DNA of 55,862 nt from a virus, in IMG/VR virus record IMGVR_UViG_3300045988_121401; one strand, written 5' to 3'. The position numbers were made by a program, and so were the translations under genes. Below the pieces are notes generated by a model. The model worked only from the letters and a program-made list of their open reading frames with translations, did no database searches and was not told the origin of the DNA. This document shows, one piece after another, positions 16,342 to 23,847 of the stretch (positions are counted from its first letter, which is position 1; every line of letters starts with the position of its first letter).

Positions 16342-16912
16342 CCGAGGCCTCCCCCCGCATCCGGCTCAGCAGGTCGGCCACGTCGATCGGATCCCAGTCG
16401 AGAATGAGGTCATACTTGGGGTCGAGGAGCCAGTCGGACGCGACTCCGGGCTGCATATCCTGATCGACGGGGTAGTAGTAGGGGTCCCCGTCAGAGTCGT
16501 AGTGAAGCGCGAAGATGCCGAAGACCTTCTCGTTCTCATCAGCTTGCGTAGATCTCCGGCGAGCATCTTTGACGTAGATCAGGCCGCAGCAGGGCCAGAA
16601 CTCCTTCAGGAGGGAGCCGTTCTGAAACTGAAGCGGGGCGCCTTCCCGGATGGACGGATACACCTCGCACTCGTCGACGGGGATCTTGACCTCCTCGGCG
16701 CTGCCCTCGAGGCTCCCAGCCTTCTCGGCGTACAGGATCTCGCTCTCCATCGTGGTCCCGTTCCCGAGGACCTTCCACCAGCAGTCGCCATGGTAGATGA
16801 TCGCGTCGGCGATGATGTCGCTGCCCCGCTTGAGCGAGATGTACTTCCCCAGGGCCTGCACCCGTGAGTAGTCGGCGCTGTCGTTGTCGATATCGTAGGG
16901 GTAGGTGCTCAT
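16334..16912 (-). CDS. Hypothetical protein (192 aa)
   Basis: Overlap-coupled ORF with plausible composition. Confidence 0.65.
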   Translation of the reverse strand: MSTYPYDIDNDSADYSRVQALGKYISLKRGSDIIADAIIYHGDCWWKVLGNGTTMESEILYAEKAGSLEGSAEEVKIPVDECEVYPSIREGAPLQFQNGSLLKEFWPCCGLIYVKDARRRSTQADENEKVFGIFALHYDSDGDPYYYPVDQDMQPGVASDWLLDPKYDLILDWDPIDVADLLSRMRGEASDD

Positions 16913-17211
16913 GGGTTCTCTCTCAGGTGCAGTGCCGCGGCCTTCTCAGCCTCGGCGAGAATGTGTGCCTGCCGCTTCTCCTTCGGGATCCTCAGCAGGT
17001 CCTTACGTCGCTCGTGGATGTCGGTCAGGTAGCGGACGTACTCCCCGACGAGCTCGGCCTTGGTTCGGTTACGGCCGACACGCCGGCTAGGGACGTAGTC
17101 GATCGGCTTCTTGCCCTTGACGGCCTGGATGTCGGAGTCCCTGATGTCTCCTCCAGGGGAGGCCTTCACGCGGCGCATGATCTCCTCCGCACTGACGACG
17201 TGCCGGCTCAC
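16909..17211 (-). CDS. Hypothetical protein (100 aa), GTG start
   Basis: CTATAGGAGGAGG lies upstream of GTG 17211. Confidence 0.55.
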   Translation of the reverse strand: MSRHVVSAEEIMRRVKASPGGDIRDSDIQAVKGKKPIDYVPSRRVGRNRTKAELVGEYVRYLTDIHERRKDLLRIPKEKRQAHILAEAEKAAALHLRENP

Positions 17212-17266
17212 CTCGGCCTCCTCCTATAGGTCTTGATGATGAATGCGATAGCTCTCAGTAGTGTTC

Positions 17267-17566
17267 TCACAGGTACTCCTCCTCAGGTACCGAGACGAAG
17301 GCTCCCTCGCGGATCGAGAAGGCCAGGACCCTGCGGTCCCGAATGCCGGCCTTGATCGCCTTGACGCCGTAGCGGACGATCTGCACGGACTCGAAGAGCA
17401 TCCAGGCTCCCCACACGATGTCGAGGAGGCCGTCGGCCGTGGACAGGGTATGCAGGACCATGACGGCGATCGTGGCTCCGAGCGCCCAGTAGGCGTGCCT
17501 GATGGCGTGGTTGGCATGGACGGCGTTGGGTGAGGTCAGTGAGTAGGTTCCGGGCTTAGGGCTCAT
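17267..17566 (-). CDS. Membrane protein (99 aa)
   Basis: Two hydrophobic helices (HAYWALGATIAVMVLHTL, LLDIVWGAWMLF). Confidence 0.55.
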   Translation of the reverse strand: MSPKPGTYSLTSPNAVHANHAIRHAYWALGATIAVMVLHTLSTADGLLDIVWGAWMLFESVQIVRYGVKAIKAGIRDRRVLAFSIREGAFVSVPEEEYL

Positions 17567-17620
17567 GGTGATTCCTTATAGGTGGTGTGGATTGATAGGG
17601 ATCGGTGATCAGATGCCGGG

Positions 17621-17836
17621 TCAGGCCGCCGTGCCGCAGTCGCAGTACTGCTCGGGCTTCTCACAGGAGGGGCAGTACCGGTCGCCGGTCCACGGGTCCT
17701 CCAGGACGCCGGTCAGACTGTACTCCCGGTAAGCGCGGGCGAGGGCCTTCTCGTCGGTCACGTACATCTCGTTGCGGTACGCCTCCCACTTCGCCCAGCG
17801 CTTGCGCTGCTCCCGCATGGAGCCTTTGCGTGCCAT
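17621..17836 (-). CDS. Small Cys-containing protein (71 aa)
   Basis: C-terminal CPSC...CDC zinc-ribbon-like motif. Confidence 0.5.
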   Translation of the reverse strand: MARKGSMREQRKRWAKWEAYRNEMYVTDEKALARAYREYSLTGVLEDPWTGDRYCPSCEKPEQYCDCGTAA

Positions 17837-17923
17837 TTCAGTTCTCCTTTCCGCTTTCGCGGTCGTTTCTTTGATGGCTCAAGACTACGCAGCGCTTATG
17901 CTGCGATGCAAGCCCCGTAAAGG

Positions 17924-17955
17924 TCTACCCCAGTGACTTGCGTCACTGGGGTAGA
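17924..17955 (-). terminator. Hairpin TCTACCCCAGTGAC-TTGC-GTCACTGGGGTAGA (14-bp stem)
   Basis: In the 147-nt gap after 17984..18328. Followed on the minus strand by CTTT. Confidence 0.6.
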
Positions 17956-17983
17956 TTCCGTTGAAATTGCTCCGATTGGGGGC

Positions 17984-18328
17984 TTAATCTCCGCTGTAAT
18001 AGGCTCGGATCGCCTGTACGATCCTCCGCTCCCCGTCGACGTAGACATTCGCCGACGTCTGCCAAAGATGCCAGCCGCGAGAGTGCAGCATGGCAATGGC
18101 GTCAAGGATCTCCTCGAATTTCTTCAGGCCGAATGACGCGACGGTGATGTCGGGGACGTCGTTCTGTCGTAGCAGGGTCTCGATCGCCTTCCAGTCATTC
18201 AGGCCCCGCACACGGTATCCGCGATCGAACACGGGGTGGGCCGAGCCGCCCTCCTCCCACGCCCTCTCGAACGCCTCTTCAGGCGTCAGCAGGGGAAGCT
18301 TGTCGAAGTCACGCACCGGCGTCCTCAC
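17984..18328 (-). CDS. Hypothetical protein (114 aa)
   Basis: ORF overlapping the primase-helicase stop by 20 nt. Confidence 0.55.
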   Translation of the reverse strand: MRTPVRDFDKLPLLTPEEAFERAWEEGGSAHPVFDRGYRVRGLNDWKAIETLLRQNDVPDITVASFGLKKFEEILDAIAMLHSRGWHLWQTSANVYVDGERRIVQAIRAYYSGD

Positions 18329-20708
18329 TCTCCTCGTCGTCCAGGTTCCGCTCCGCAGGGCCGTCCTCGCCGACGGCGATCAAGGTGTACCGGTGTCCGC
18401 CGCGATCCCCGGCGGACATGATCCATCCTCGAGAGATCAGCCGGCCCAGGGCGGCCTTGGTACGCGACCTAGGCAGGTCCGGATCGATGATGTCGTACAG
18501 CTCCCGAGAGTTCATCTGGGTGCCGATCTCGCCGCGGAACGCCCCGATCACCGTGTCCTCGTCGTCCTGGCGCTGGGCGATCTTCTCCATCATCTTGGAC
18601 ATGTCGGTGAAGTCCAGCTCCACGCGACGCTCAACGTCGTTCACGTCCCCGCCCTCGGCGTTCAGGACGCCGCCACCCCCTGAGGGAGTGCGCCGCGGGG
18701 GAGTGATGACGAGGGACGAACGCCCCTCGGTGCGGCTGTCGAGCGTGACCACGCCGGCCACCTGAGCCTTTCCGCGCCCGCCCGTCTTCTGGGAGTGGGC
18801 ACGGACCTGGCCGGGCCGGTCCTTCAGCACGACCAGCTCCATCTCACCGACGTCGCCGGGCATGGGCTGCTTGATCGGCCACACCTGGAGCAGGGTCCCC
18901 TGCACCATGGCGACCTTGTGCTGAGAGCCGATGGGCATGGAGCCCTTCTCGGCGCTCTTGGCCTGGTGGTCGATGATGATCACCGTCGAGCGACCGTTGC
19001 GGGTCAGCCGCTTCAGCCACGACGTGATGACGTCCGTCGAGACGGCGTCATTCGCGTCCAGTCCGTGCAGGCCGTAGAGCGCCGTCATACCGTCGGCCAC
19101 GATGATGTCCGGGTCGAGCGAGGTCAGGGCCATGTCGAACTGATCCTGGGCGAACTCGCCGGACTTGGTCGGCTGGTCCTTGCCCCACTTGTTGCGCTGC
19201 ATGTCGGCCAGGGGGCCCTCGGGGCGAATGTAGGAGAACTGGGCCCGAAGGTCGTCGTCCACGGCGCCCAGCAGGCGCAGGCGGTTGAGCGTCTGGACAG
19301 GCTCATCCTCGAAGTCGAGGTACAGGGCGCGGCCGCCGGCCTCGATCTCCTGGAGGCAGATCGCCATGGCGATCCACGACTTCGCCGACTCCGAGGAGCC
19401 GAAGAGCATGTTCACGCGGCCCCGGTACATGAGACAGGCGCCGTCGTTGCGGCGGCAGACCTCCGGGTCCGGGACGGTGAGCTTCCCCGTCAGGTACGGC
19501 TCCAGGTCGACGGGGCTCCAGGACGACGGGCGCGCGTCCAGGGGGTCCAAGTCCTCGCAGGGGCCCTCATCGGGACCTTCCTCCTTGACTCCGTCCCCCC
19601 CAACGCCGTGCTCCGGGAGGAGAGCCCCGAGCGAACGGGGCCCTTCAGCGTCACCGGCCTCGACGAACTCGGGCCCCGGAGCCGAGTCGTCGAGCTCGAT
19701 CGTCAGGCCGTCCCACTGCCGTGCCCATGGCGGCTGCCATCCCGGCACGTCGCCGGCCACGTCCGGCACGAAGCCGGCCACGGCCTCAGCGTCGCGCACG
19801 AGGCGCTCTACGAGCTGCACGCTCTCCTCCCCGATGTACTCGGCCAGGCGGGTGAAGCCGGTGGCCTCCCCGCCCTCCCGAAGGCGGCGCTTCGTAGTGT
19901 AGATCGCCTCACGCTCGCGCTGCTCGGCCCCGTCCTCGTCGTGGGTGGCCAGGGCGAGGGTGCGGATGACGAGGCCCGCGTTGCGCTCCCAGAACGGGTG
20001 CACGGTCTGCGAGTCGCCGTAGCGAAGGAGGCCTCCGGCGAGGGCGACGTAGGCGTCGTGGCGCTGGCCCGGGCCCGGCCACGAGTCCAGCAGGACGGAG
20101 CACAGCCCGAGGAGGACGACCTGGGCCAGGAGCTCGGTGCCGTCCACGACGGCGGGGCCCTCGGCGCCGCCCCAAGGCTCACCCTCCCACTCGTAGGTCT
20201 CGGCCGTGGTGGGGTGGATCGAGGGCGGCACGAGGGTCTGGGCCCCGTTACCACGGATCTCGACTGACACGCCGGAGCCTCGGCCCGACTTGTCGGGCAT
20301 GCGCAGGCGCCGGGTCGCCGGCAGGGTGCCAGGCTTGGCGCGGTACCAGTAGTGCGACTTGCGGGACGTCTCGCGGCCGTGGACCGCTGCCGTGTAGGGC
20401 AGCAGGTACGACTTCAGCCGCGCCGCGGCGGGGTGGTCGAGGTCGACGTCGATCAGGTCGCCTGAGGCCTCGCCGAGGAGGATGCCGAGGTTGGTCGATC
20501 CGCCCGCCGTGTACTCCTCGAAGGCGGCGCGGACGGCGTCCTCGCCCTCGCCGGTGTCGATCGCGGGGTCCGGCCAGCGGAGCTTCGTCCAGCCGGCCAT
20601 CGTGGGGCTCTTGGAGTGACGAGTAATGGGCAGAGGCGTTAGTCCCCTACGGTACGCGTCAAGGGCCGCCTCGACGACGGCCGCGTTATGCTGCTCAGTT
20701 GTGCTCAT
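18309..20708 (-). CDS. Bifunctional primase-polymerase (prim-pol) / RecA-fold replicative helicase
   Basis: N-terminal LTPLPITRHSKSPTMAGWTKLRW and LIDVDLDHP (prim-pol). Central MLFGSSESAKSWIAMA...LYLDFED (AAA_25/DnaB-like). C-terminal winged-helix-like tail. Confidence 0.8.
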   Translation of the reverse strand: MSTTEQHNAAVVEAALDAYRRGLTPLPITRHSKSPTMAGWTKLRWPDPAIDTGEGEDAVRAAFEEYTAGGSTNLGILLGEASGDLIDVDLDHPAAARLKSYLLPYTAAVHGRETSRKSHYWYRAKPGTLPATRRLRMPDKSGRGSGVSVEIRGNGAQTLVPPSIHPTTAETYEWEGEPWGGAEGPAVVDGTELLAQVVLLGLCSVLLDSWPGPGQRHDAYVALAGGLLRYGDSQTVHPFWERNAGLVIRTLALATHDEDGAEQREREAIYTTKRRLREGGEATGFTRLAEYIGEESVQLVERLVRDAEAVAGFVPDVAGDVPGWQPPWARQWDGLTIELDDSAPGPEFVEAGDAEGPRSLGALLPEHGVGGDGVKEEGPDEGPCEDLDPLDARPSSWSPVDLEPYLTGKLTVPDPEVCRRNDGACLMYRGRVNMLFGSSESAKSWIAMAICLQEIEAGGRALYLDFEDEPVQTLNRLRLLGAVDDDLRAQFSYIRPEGPLADMQRNKWGKDQPTKSGEFAQDQFDMALTSLDPDIIVADGMTALYGLHGLDANDAVSTDVITSWLKRLTRNGRSTVIIIDHQAKSAEKGSMPIGSQHKVAMVQGTLLQVWPIKQPMPGDVGEMELVVLKDRPGQVRAHSQKTGGRGKAQVAGVVTLDSRTEGRSSLVITPPRRTPSGGGGVLNAEGGDVNDVERRVELDFTDMSKMMEKIAQRQDDEDTVIGAFRGEIGTQMNSRELYDIIDPDLPRSRTKAALGRLISRGWIMSAGDRGGHRYTLIAVGEDGPAERNLDDEESEDAGA

Positions 20709-20756
20709 GGGTCCTGGGTAAGTCGCTAGGTGGGACAGTGGAGGCAGATGCCCTGA

Positions 20757-20789
20757 AACCGGTGACCGGTAGTCAGCCGGTCACCGGTT
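20757..20789 (-). terminator. Hairpin AACCGGTGACCGG-N7-CCGGTCACCGGTT overlapping the stop of 20781..21125, followed by TTTCAGGG
   Basis: 13-bp perfect stem. Confidence 0.6.
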
Positions 20790-21125
20790 CGAGGGGTTGT
20801 CTGGATTGGTGAAGGTGGTCCGATGGGGAGTCACCTTGATCCCCGAAGGGTGTGGAGCCAGATCTAGCTCGCGATTCCCGTACGCCTCCATGAGGCGCGC
20901 TAGGACGATCCTGGGCTGAAGGCCCTGGCGCTCTGCCCGGCGGACGACGCGGTCCCAGGTAGCCTCCCTCATCCTGAAGCTGACCGACTTGCGAGGTCCG
21001 GAAGGGTCACCCGGCTTCCGGCCGAAGTCGATCGATGTGGGGGCATCCAACGGTGCGAACCGCTGGTCGAGGTCTGGGCGGTCGTCCACGTAGGGAACGA
21101 GCTTGTCCTTGCTGGGGCGGGGCAT
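20781..21125 (-). CDS. Ribbon-helix-helix (CopG/Arc-like) DNA-binding protein
   Basis: Trimmed to ATG 21125 (GAGGAG SD). KSVSFRMREATWDRVVRRAERQGLQPRIVLARLMEAY fits RHH. Confidence 0.6.
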   Translation of the reverse strand: MPRPSKDKLVPYVDDRPDLDQRFAPLDAPTSIDFGRKPGDPSGPRKSVSFRMREATWDRVVRRAERQGLQPRIVLARLMEAYGNRELDLAPHPSGIKVTPHRTTFTNPDNPSNR

Positions 21126-21144
21126 GTCATCTCCTCTGTCGGGT

Positions 21145-21159
21145 GTATGCCCCGCATAC
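21145..21159 (-). promoter_or_regulatory. Palindrome GTATGCCCCGCATAC (N5 variant) 19 nt upstream of the RHH start codon
   Basis: Read directly. Same half-sites as P1-P6. Confidence 0.45.
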
Positions 21160-22071
21160 ACTACCCGAAGGGTATTGGAACCTCAAGGCTCCGAGGGCCT
21201 AGGTGGCCGGGCGGTTGCCGCGTCCCGCGGCTGGTAAGTCCATTCTTTACGAAGGCTCATGGGACGTTGACTAGACGTCCGGGCGAATCTTGTGTCTCAG
21301 GTCCTGCATACGCGGCCGATTGATCCATCACGCATTCGCACGGTCCCGCAGAGGCAGTTCCCCTCGCTCGATGTTCTCAAGTCCCGTACCCCGCCCGAGC
21401 TCGACAGTGATGATGAAGCGCTCGTAAGGGGCCGTTTTACATGGGAATACCGAGGAAGCGTTTCAGCGGGGAACCCTTGCGAGCAGCTTCCCCCCACGTC
21501 TCGGGACCTGTCGATGACGCCGTGAGCACGCTTCGAGCTGGTCGTCCGGCTCGTCACCTCGTCGCTCGGCAGCGCGAGTTTACCGATACCGGACGGGCTC
21601 TCAACCCGTGCTCCCCCTCCGCCCACTTTGGAGACTCCAACCGCGGTGTCCTCCCCGACTACGAGCCAGGTTTGGTGTGAGGGCCTACGAGGTCCATTCC
21701 TCCGCTGCGTAAAGATGGTTAGCGGAATCCAGTTGTCCGAGCCCTGCGAGCCTTCTAGCGGTGGTCGACTTGGCTTAGGGCCCTCGGCTGATCCTCCGAG
21801 GCTGCCCCGTCCGTCCAGGCCATCGCGTACTCGCAAAGCCTCCCGGCTTACCGGGTATCGCCCCGCCTCGGGTTAGTTCCTCACTCAGTTAGAACCGGGC
21901 CGTTTCCACCGCTGAATCGCGGTGGCCGGTCCTAGGAGTTTCGCTCCCTCGGCGGCGCTGGAACTATTAAACCACATCCCCGGGGGGCGGGCGCAAGTCG
22001 AAATGAGATTTCCTGCCGTGAGTGTCGTCACATTTGCGCGGGGCGGGTGGCGCGGCCCTCCCGGAACGAAG

Positions 22072-22086
22072 GTGTGTGTGTGTGTG
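22072..22086. repeat. (GT)7 alternating purine-pyrimidine tract
   Basis: Read directly. Confidence 0.9.
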
Positions 22087-22199
22087 GGCCGGCACTGCCC
22101 GCCGCGGGCCGGCGCCGGAGTTCCTCTGAGGCGTTCTAAGCCATTCTGAGCGCCTTTCAGGGCCGTACCCCTCCGGGAGTGCGGGGACGGGGTAAAAGT

Positions 22200-22230
22200 C
22201 CCTCAGAAGGGCTTACACGGCCTCTGAGGG
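22200..22230. repeat. Hairpin CCCTCAGA-N15-TCTGAGGG; its minus strand carries GCCGTGTAAGCCCTTCTGAGGG, an inverted copy of the 2825/3015 repeat
   Basis: Compared by eye with 3011-3032 (GCCGTGTAAGCCTCTCTGACGG). Confidence 0.7.
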
Positions 22231-22353
22231 GCATGTACGGGCCTCTCCCCGGCACGAAGGTGCGGTGGCGGGTACGTCCAAGCCTTGGATCGAAGGCTGT
22301 TCGGGACTGACCGCCGTCGGAGTCCGAGGTCGCTGAGAGGCCCGAGGGGCGGG

Positions 22354-22395
22354 CGTGTTGACCGAGCGCAGCGCAGCGGAGCGAGCCTCAACACG
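22354..22395. repeat. Twin hairpin A: stem CGTGTTGA/TCAACACG, loop contains AGCGCAGCGCAGCGGAGCGAG (22365-22385)
   Basis: Read directly. Confidence 0.85.
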
Positions 22396-22549
22396 GCGAC
22401 CCGAGGAAAGCCTCTCCGCCGGGGAGCCGAGAACCTGCGAGGACCCGCGGGCGACCGGCGCCCCAGCGCCGCAGCGCCTTTCGCGGGGACACCGCAGGGG
22501 CGAGCCTCCCAGGCGCTTGCGACGGCCGCGGTTCGAACCGGGGTTCAAA

Positions 22550-22593
22550 GACCCGACCCCGAAGCGCAGCGCAGCGGAGCGAGGGGTCGGGTC
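22550..22593. repeat. Twin hairpin B: stem GACCCGACCCC/GGGGTCGGGTC, loop contains the same 21-mer (22563-22583)
   Basis: Read directly. The stem is unrelated to hairpin A and the loop 21-mer is identical. Confidence 0.85.
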
Positions 22594-22644
22594 GGAACCG
22601 GCAACGGGTGCGGAACCGGCACCGGCAACGGAGTGGCCCAGGTC

Positions 22645-22661
22645 ACATATATACATATATT
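22645..22661. other. AT island ACATATATACATATATT in GC-rich context
   Basis: Read directly. Confidence 0.8.
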
Positions 22662-22690
22662 CCACTACCCACACAACACGAGCGCCCCTC

Positions 22691-22729
22691 GGGTCTCCTC
22701 CCCCCCTGACTTCGTCAGGGGGAGGAGAC
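22691..22729. terminator. Long hairpin GGGTCTCCT-C7-TGAC-TTC-GTCA-G5-AGGAGACCC
   Basis: About 18 bp with a 2-nt bulge. No U-tract. Confidence 0.5.
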
Positions 22730-22932
22730 CCGGGGGCGCGAGTGTGTGTGGGCGCGCGCGGGCGCGCATGATGGCAAATTCCGGGGCGGAATTCAAGCGC
22801 AAAACGATGATGTTGTTCACGGAATAGGCCCGTAAAAGTGGGATATTCATCACAGGCCGATTTGGGAATACGGTCCGACACGCCGATGAACCCCAGCAAT
22901 AGCGCAAAAGTGCAAACTTTGCGGGGCAAACC

Positions 22933-22957
22933 GTATGACTCCATACAACCAGCATAC
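22933..22957 (-). promoter_or_regulatory. GTATGACTCCATAC (22933-22946) overlapping a copy of GTATGC(C)TGGTTGyATG (22941-22957, minus); -10-like TACGGT on the minus strand
   Basis: Similar to 2058-2074. No good -35. Confidence 0.35.
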
Positions 22958-23004
22958 ATGTGTCCAGAATGTGAGACGGGAGGCTGCGGAAGGGCTGAAA
23001 GGGC

Positions 23005-23057
23005 GTGACCGGCGTCACTTGTCTCACTATGCGGACACCTGTCTCAGCATGCGGACA
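23005..23057. promoter_or_regulatory. GTGAC-CGGC-GTCAC (23005-23018) plus direct repeat TGTCTCANNATGCGGACA x2 (23020-23037, 23040-23057)
   Basis: Read directly. TGTCTCA is the half-site of the palindromes at 23720 and 23831. Confidence 0.6.
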
Positions 23058-23090
23058 GGCGGCCTGGGGAGTGATTCAGGGCACACAAAA

Positions 23091-23117
23091 GGGCCCCAGC
23101 CGCGATGGCTGGGGCCC
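23091..23117 (-). terminator. Intrinsic terminator GGGCCCCAGCC-GCGAT-GGCTGGGGCCC followed by TTTTGTGTG
   Basis: 11-bp GC stem plus U-tract on the minus strand, 14 nt after the stop of 23131..23622. Confidence 0.8.
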
Positions 23118-23130
23118 TCCGATCCGGGGC

Positions 23131-23622
23131 TCAGGCGTCCCTCGGAGCCCGTCGGTAGGGGGTCTTGTTGCGGGCCGGGCGGCGTGTCCCGCCCCTCGTC
23201 ATCGTGCCTGGGAAGGTCGGGTCGATACGGCGAGCCCTGCGTAGCCAGGAGTCCACGGTATAGATGCTGCGGCCCAGCTCCTTGGCGATGTCGGTGCGGG
23301 TCTTGCCCTCCTCGATCATGGTCCGCAGCGTCTCGACGGGCGCCCCTCGGTACTGGTTGCCCCCTCGTGCAGGCTTCTCGGCCCTCTCAAGCACGTTTGC
23401 GGCGATTTCACAGAGGGTCCTGTGGGGGACACTGTCGGGGAAGCGAACGCCCTCGTCTGGGCGGCACAGGAGGTTCACGACGTGGTAGCGGCCGCCGGCG
23501 TCCGGCTCCTCGGTGATCTCGACCCAGTACTCGATCTCGTTCTTCGTGTCCCTGACCTGGACGGCTGGGCGGCCCTGGATAGTGGCCTTGCGGGCGGGGT
23601 AGGTACGAAGCGCGTTGCGCAT
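23131..23622 (-). CDS. DNA-binding protein with C-terminal helix-turn-helix
   Basis: Trimmed to ATG 23622 (TAGGAGACACC before the ATG). TRTDIAKELGRSIYTVDSWLRRAR reads as an HTH. Confidence 0.65.
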   Translation of the reverse strand: MRNALRTYPARKATIQGRPAVQVRDTKNEIEYWVEITEEPDAGGRYHVVNLLCRPDEGVRFPDSVPHRTLCEIAANVLERAEKPARGGNQYRGAPVETLRTMIEEGKTRTDIAKELGRSIYTVDSWLRRARRIDPTFPGTMTRGGTRRPARNKTPYRRAPRDA

Positions 23623-23678
23623 GGTGTCTCCTAAAGTGTGGTGTGATGCAGGTCTCTTGGCTAGTTGGGAATAGGCTA

Positions 23679-23846
23679 GAATACGTTGCAATCACTGCGT
23701 ATTCCCGATTTCTGAGTTTTGAGACGTATGTCTCAGGAGATGTGGGGTGAAAGTGTGATGCATGTCTCCGAGAATGCGGGAATACAGGACTTTCCCCAGC
23801 GTTTCCAACGTATTCCCGGTTTTGAGGTTTTGAGACGTAAGTCTCA
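23679..23846. promoter_or_regulatory. Operator array: two 38-nt direct repeats (23698-23735, 23809-23846; 34/38 identical), each ending in TGAGAC-N4-GTCTCA and each paired with an upstream inverted GGGAATAC(G) arm
   Basis: Palindromes at 23720-23735 and 23831-23846. Inverted arms at 23679-23685/23698-23704 and 23777-23785/23810-23818. Confidence 0.7.
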
Positions 23847-23847
23847 A

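Larger units (their letters stand above)
21160..23090. other. About 1.9-kb ORF-poor, hairpin- and repeat-dense region (candidate structured ncRNA and/or replication origin)
   Basis: Only Arg/Gly/Ser/Pro-rich ORFs of poor composition. Bounded by the terminator at 23091-23117 and the RHH promoter. Details are in the findings. Confidence 0.6.

Noticed and set aside
18795-20267. 490-aa plus-strand ORF. Similar long ORFs occur at 47475..49523(+), 30129..31469(+), 33928..34953(+), 27501..28586(-), 10643..11560(+) and 15475..16059(+).
   Set aside because: They lie antisense to or overlap genes with clear domain signatures. Their translations are Arg/Gly/Val/Asp/Pro-rich low complexity, typical of shadow frames in high-GC DNA.
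22525-22560. tRNA-like T-loop strings GGTTCGAACC and GGGGTTCAAAG.
   Set aside because: The flanking bases do not form a 5-bp T-stem with a G53-C61 closure on either strand, and no acceptor or anticodon arms could be built.
22645-22661. AT island as a telomere-resolution (protelomerase) site.
   Set aside because: The sequence is not a palindrome, and no protelomerase-like gene is present.
21297-22959. ORFs inside the desert (21297..21836 minus, 22213..22959 minus, 22285..22827 plus, and others).
   Set aside because: Composition is implausible (Arg/Gly/Ser/Pro runs), there is no SD or start-associated sequence, they overlap each other, and a hand count gives only moderate third-position GC. 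A degraded pseudogene cannot be excluded without tblastx.
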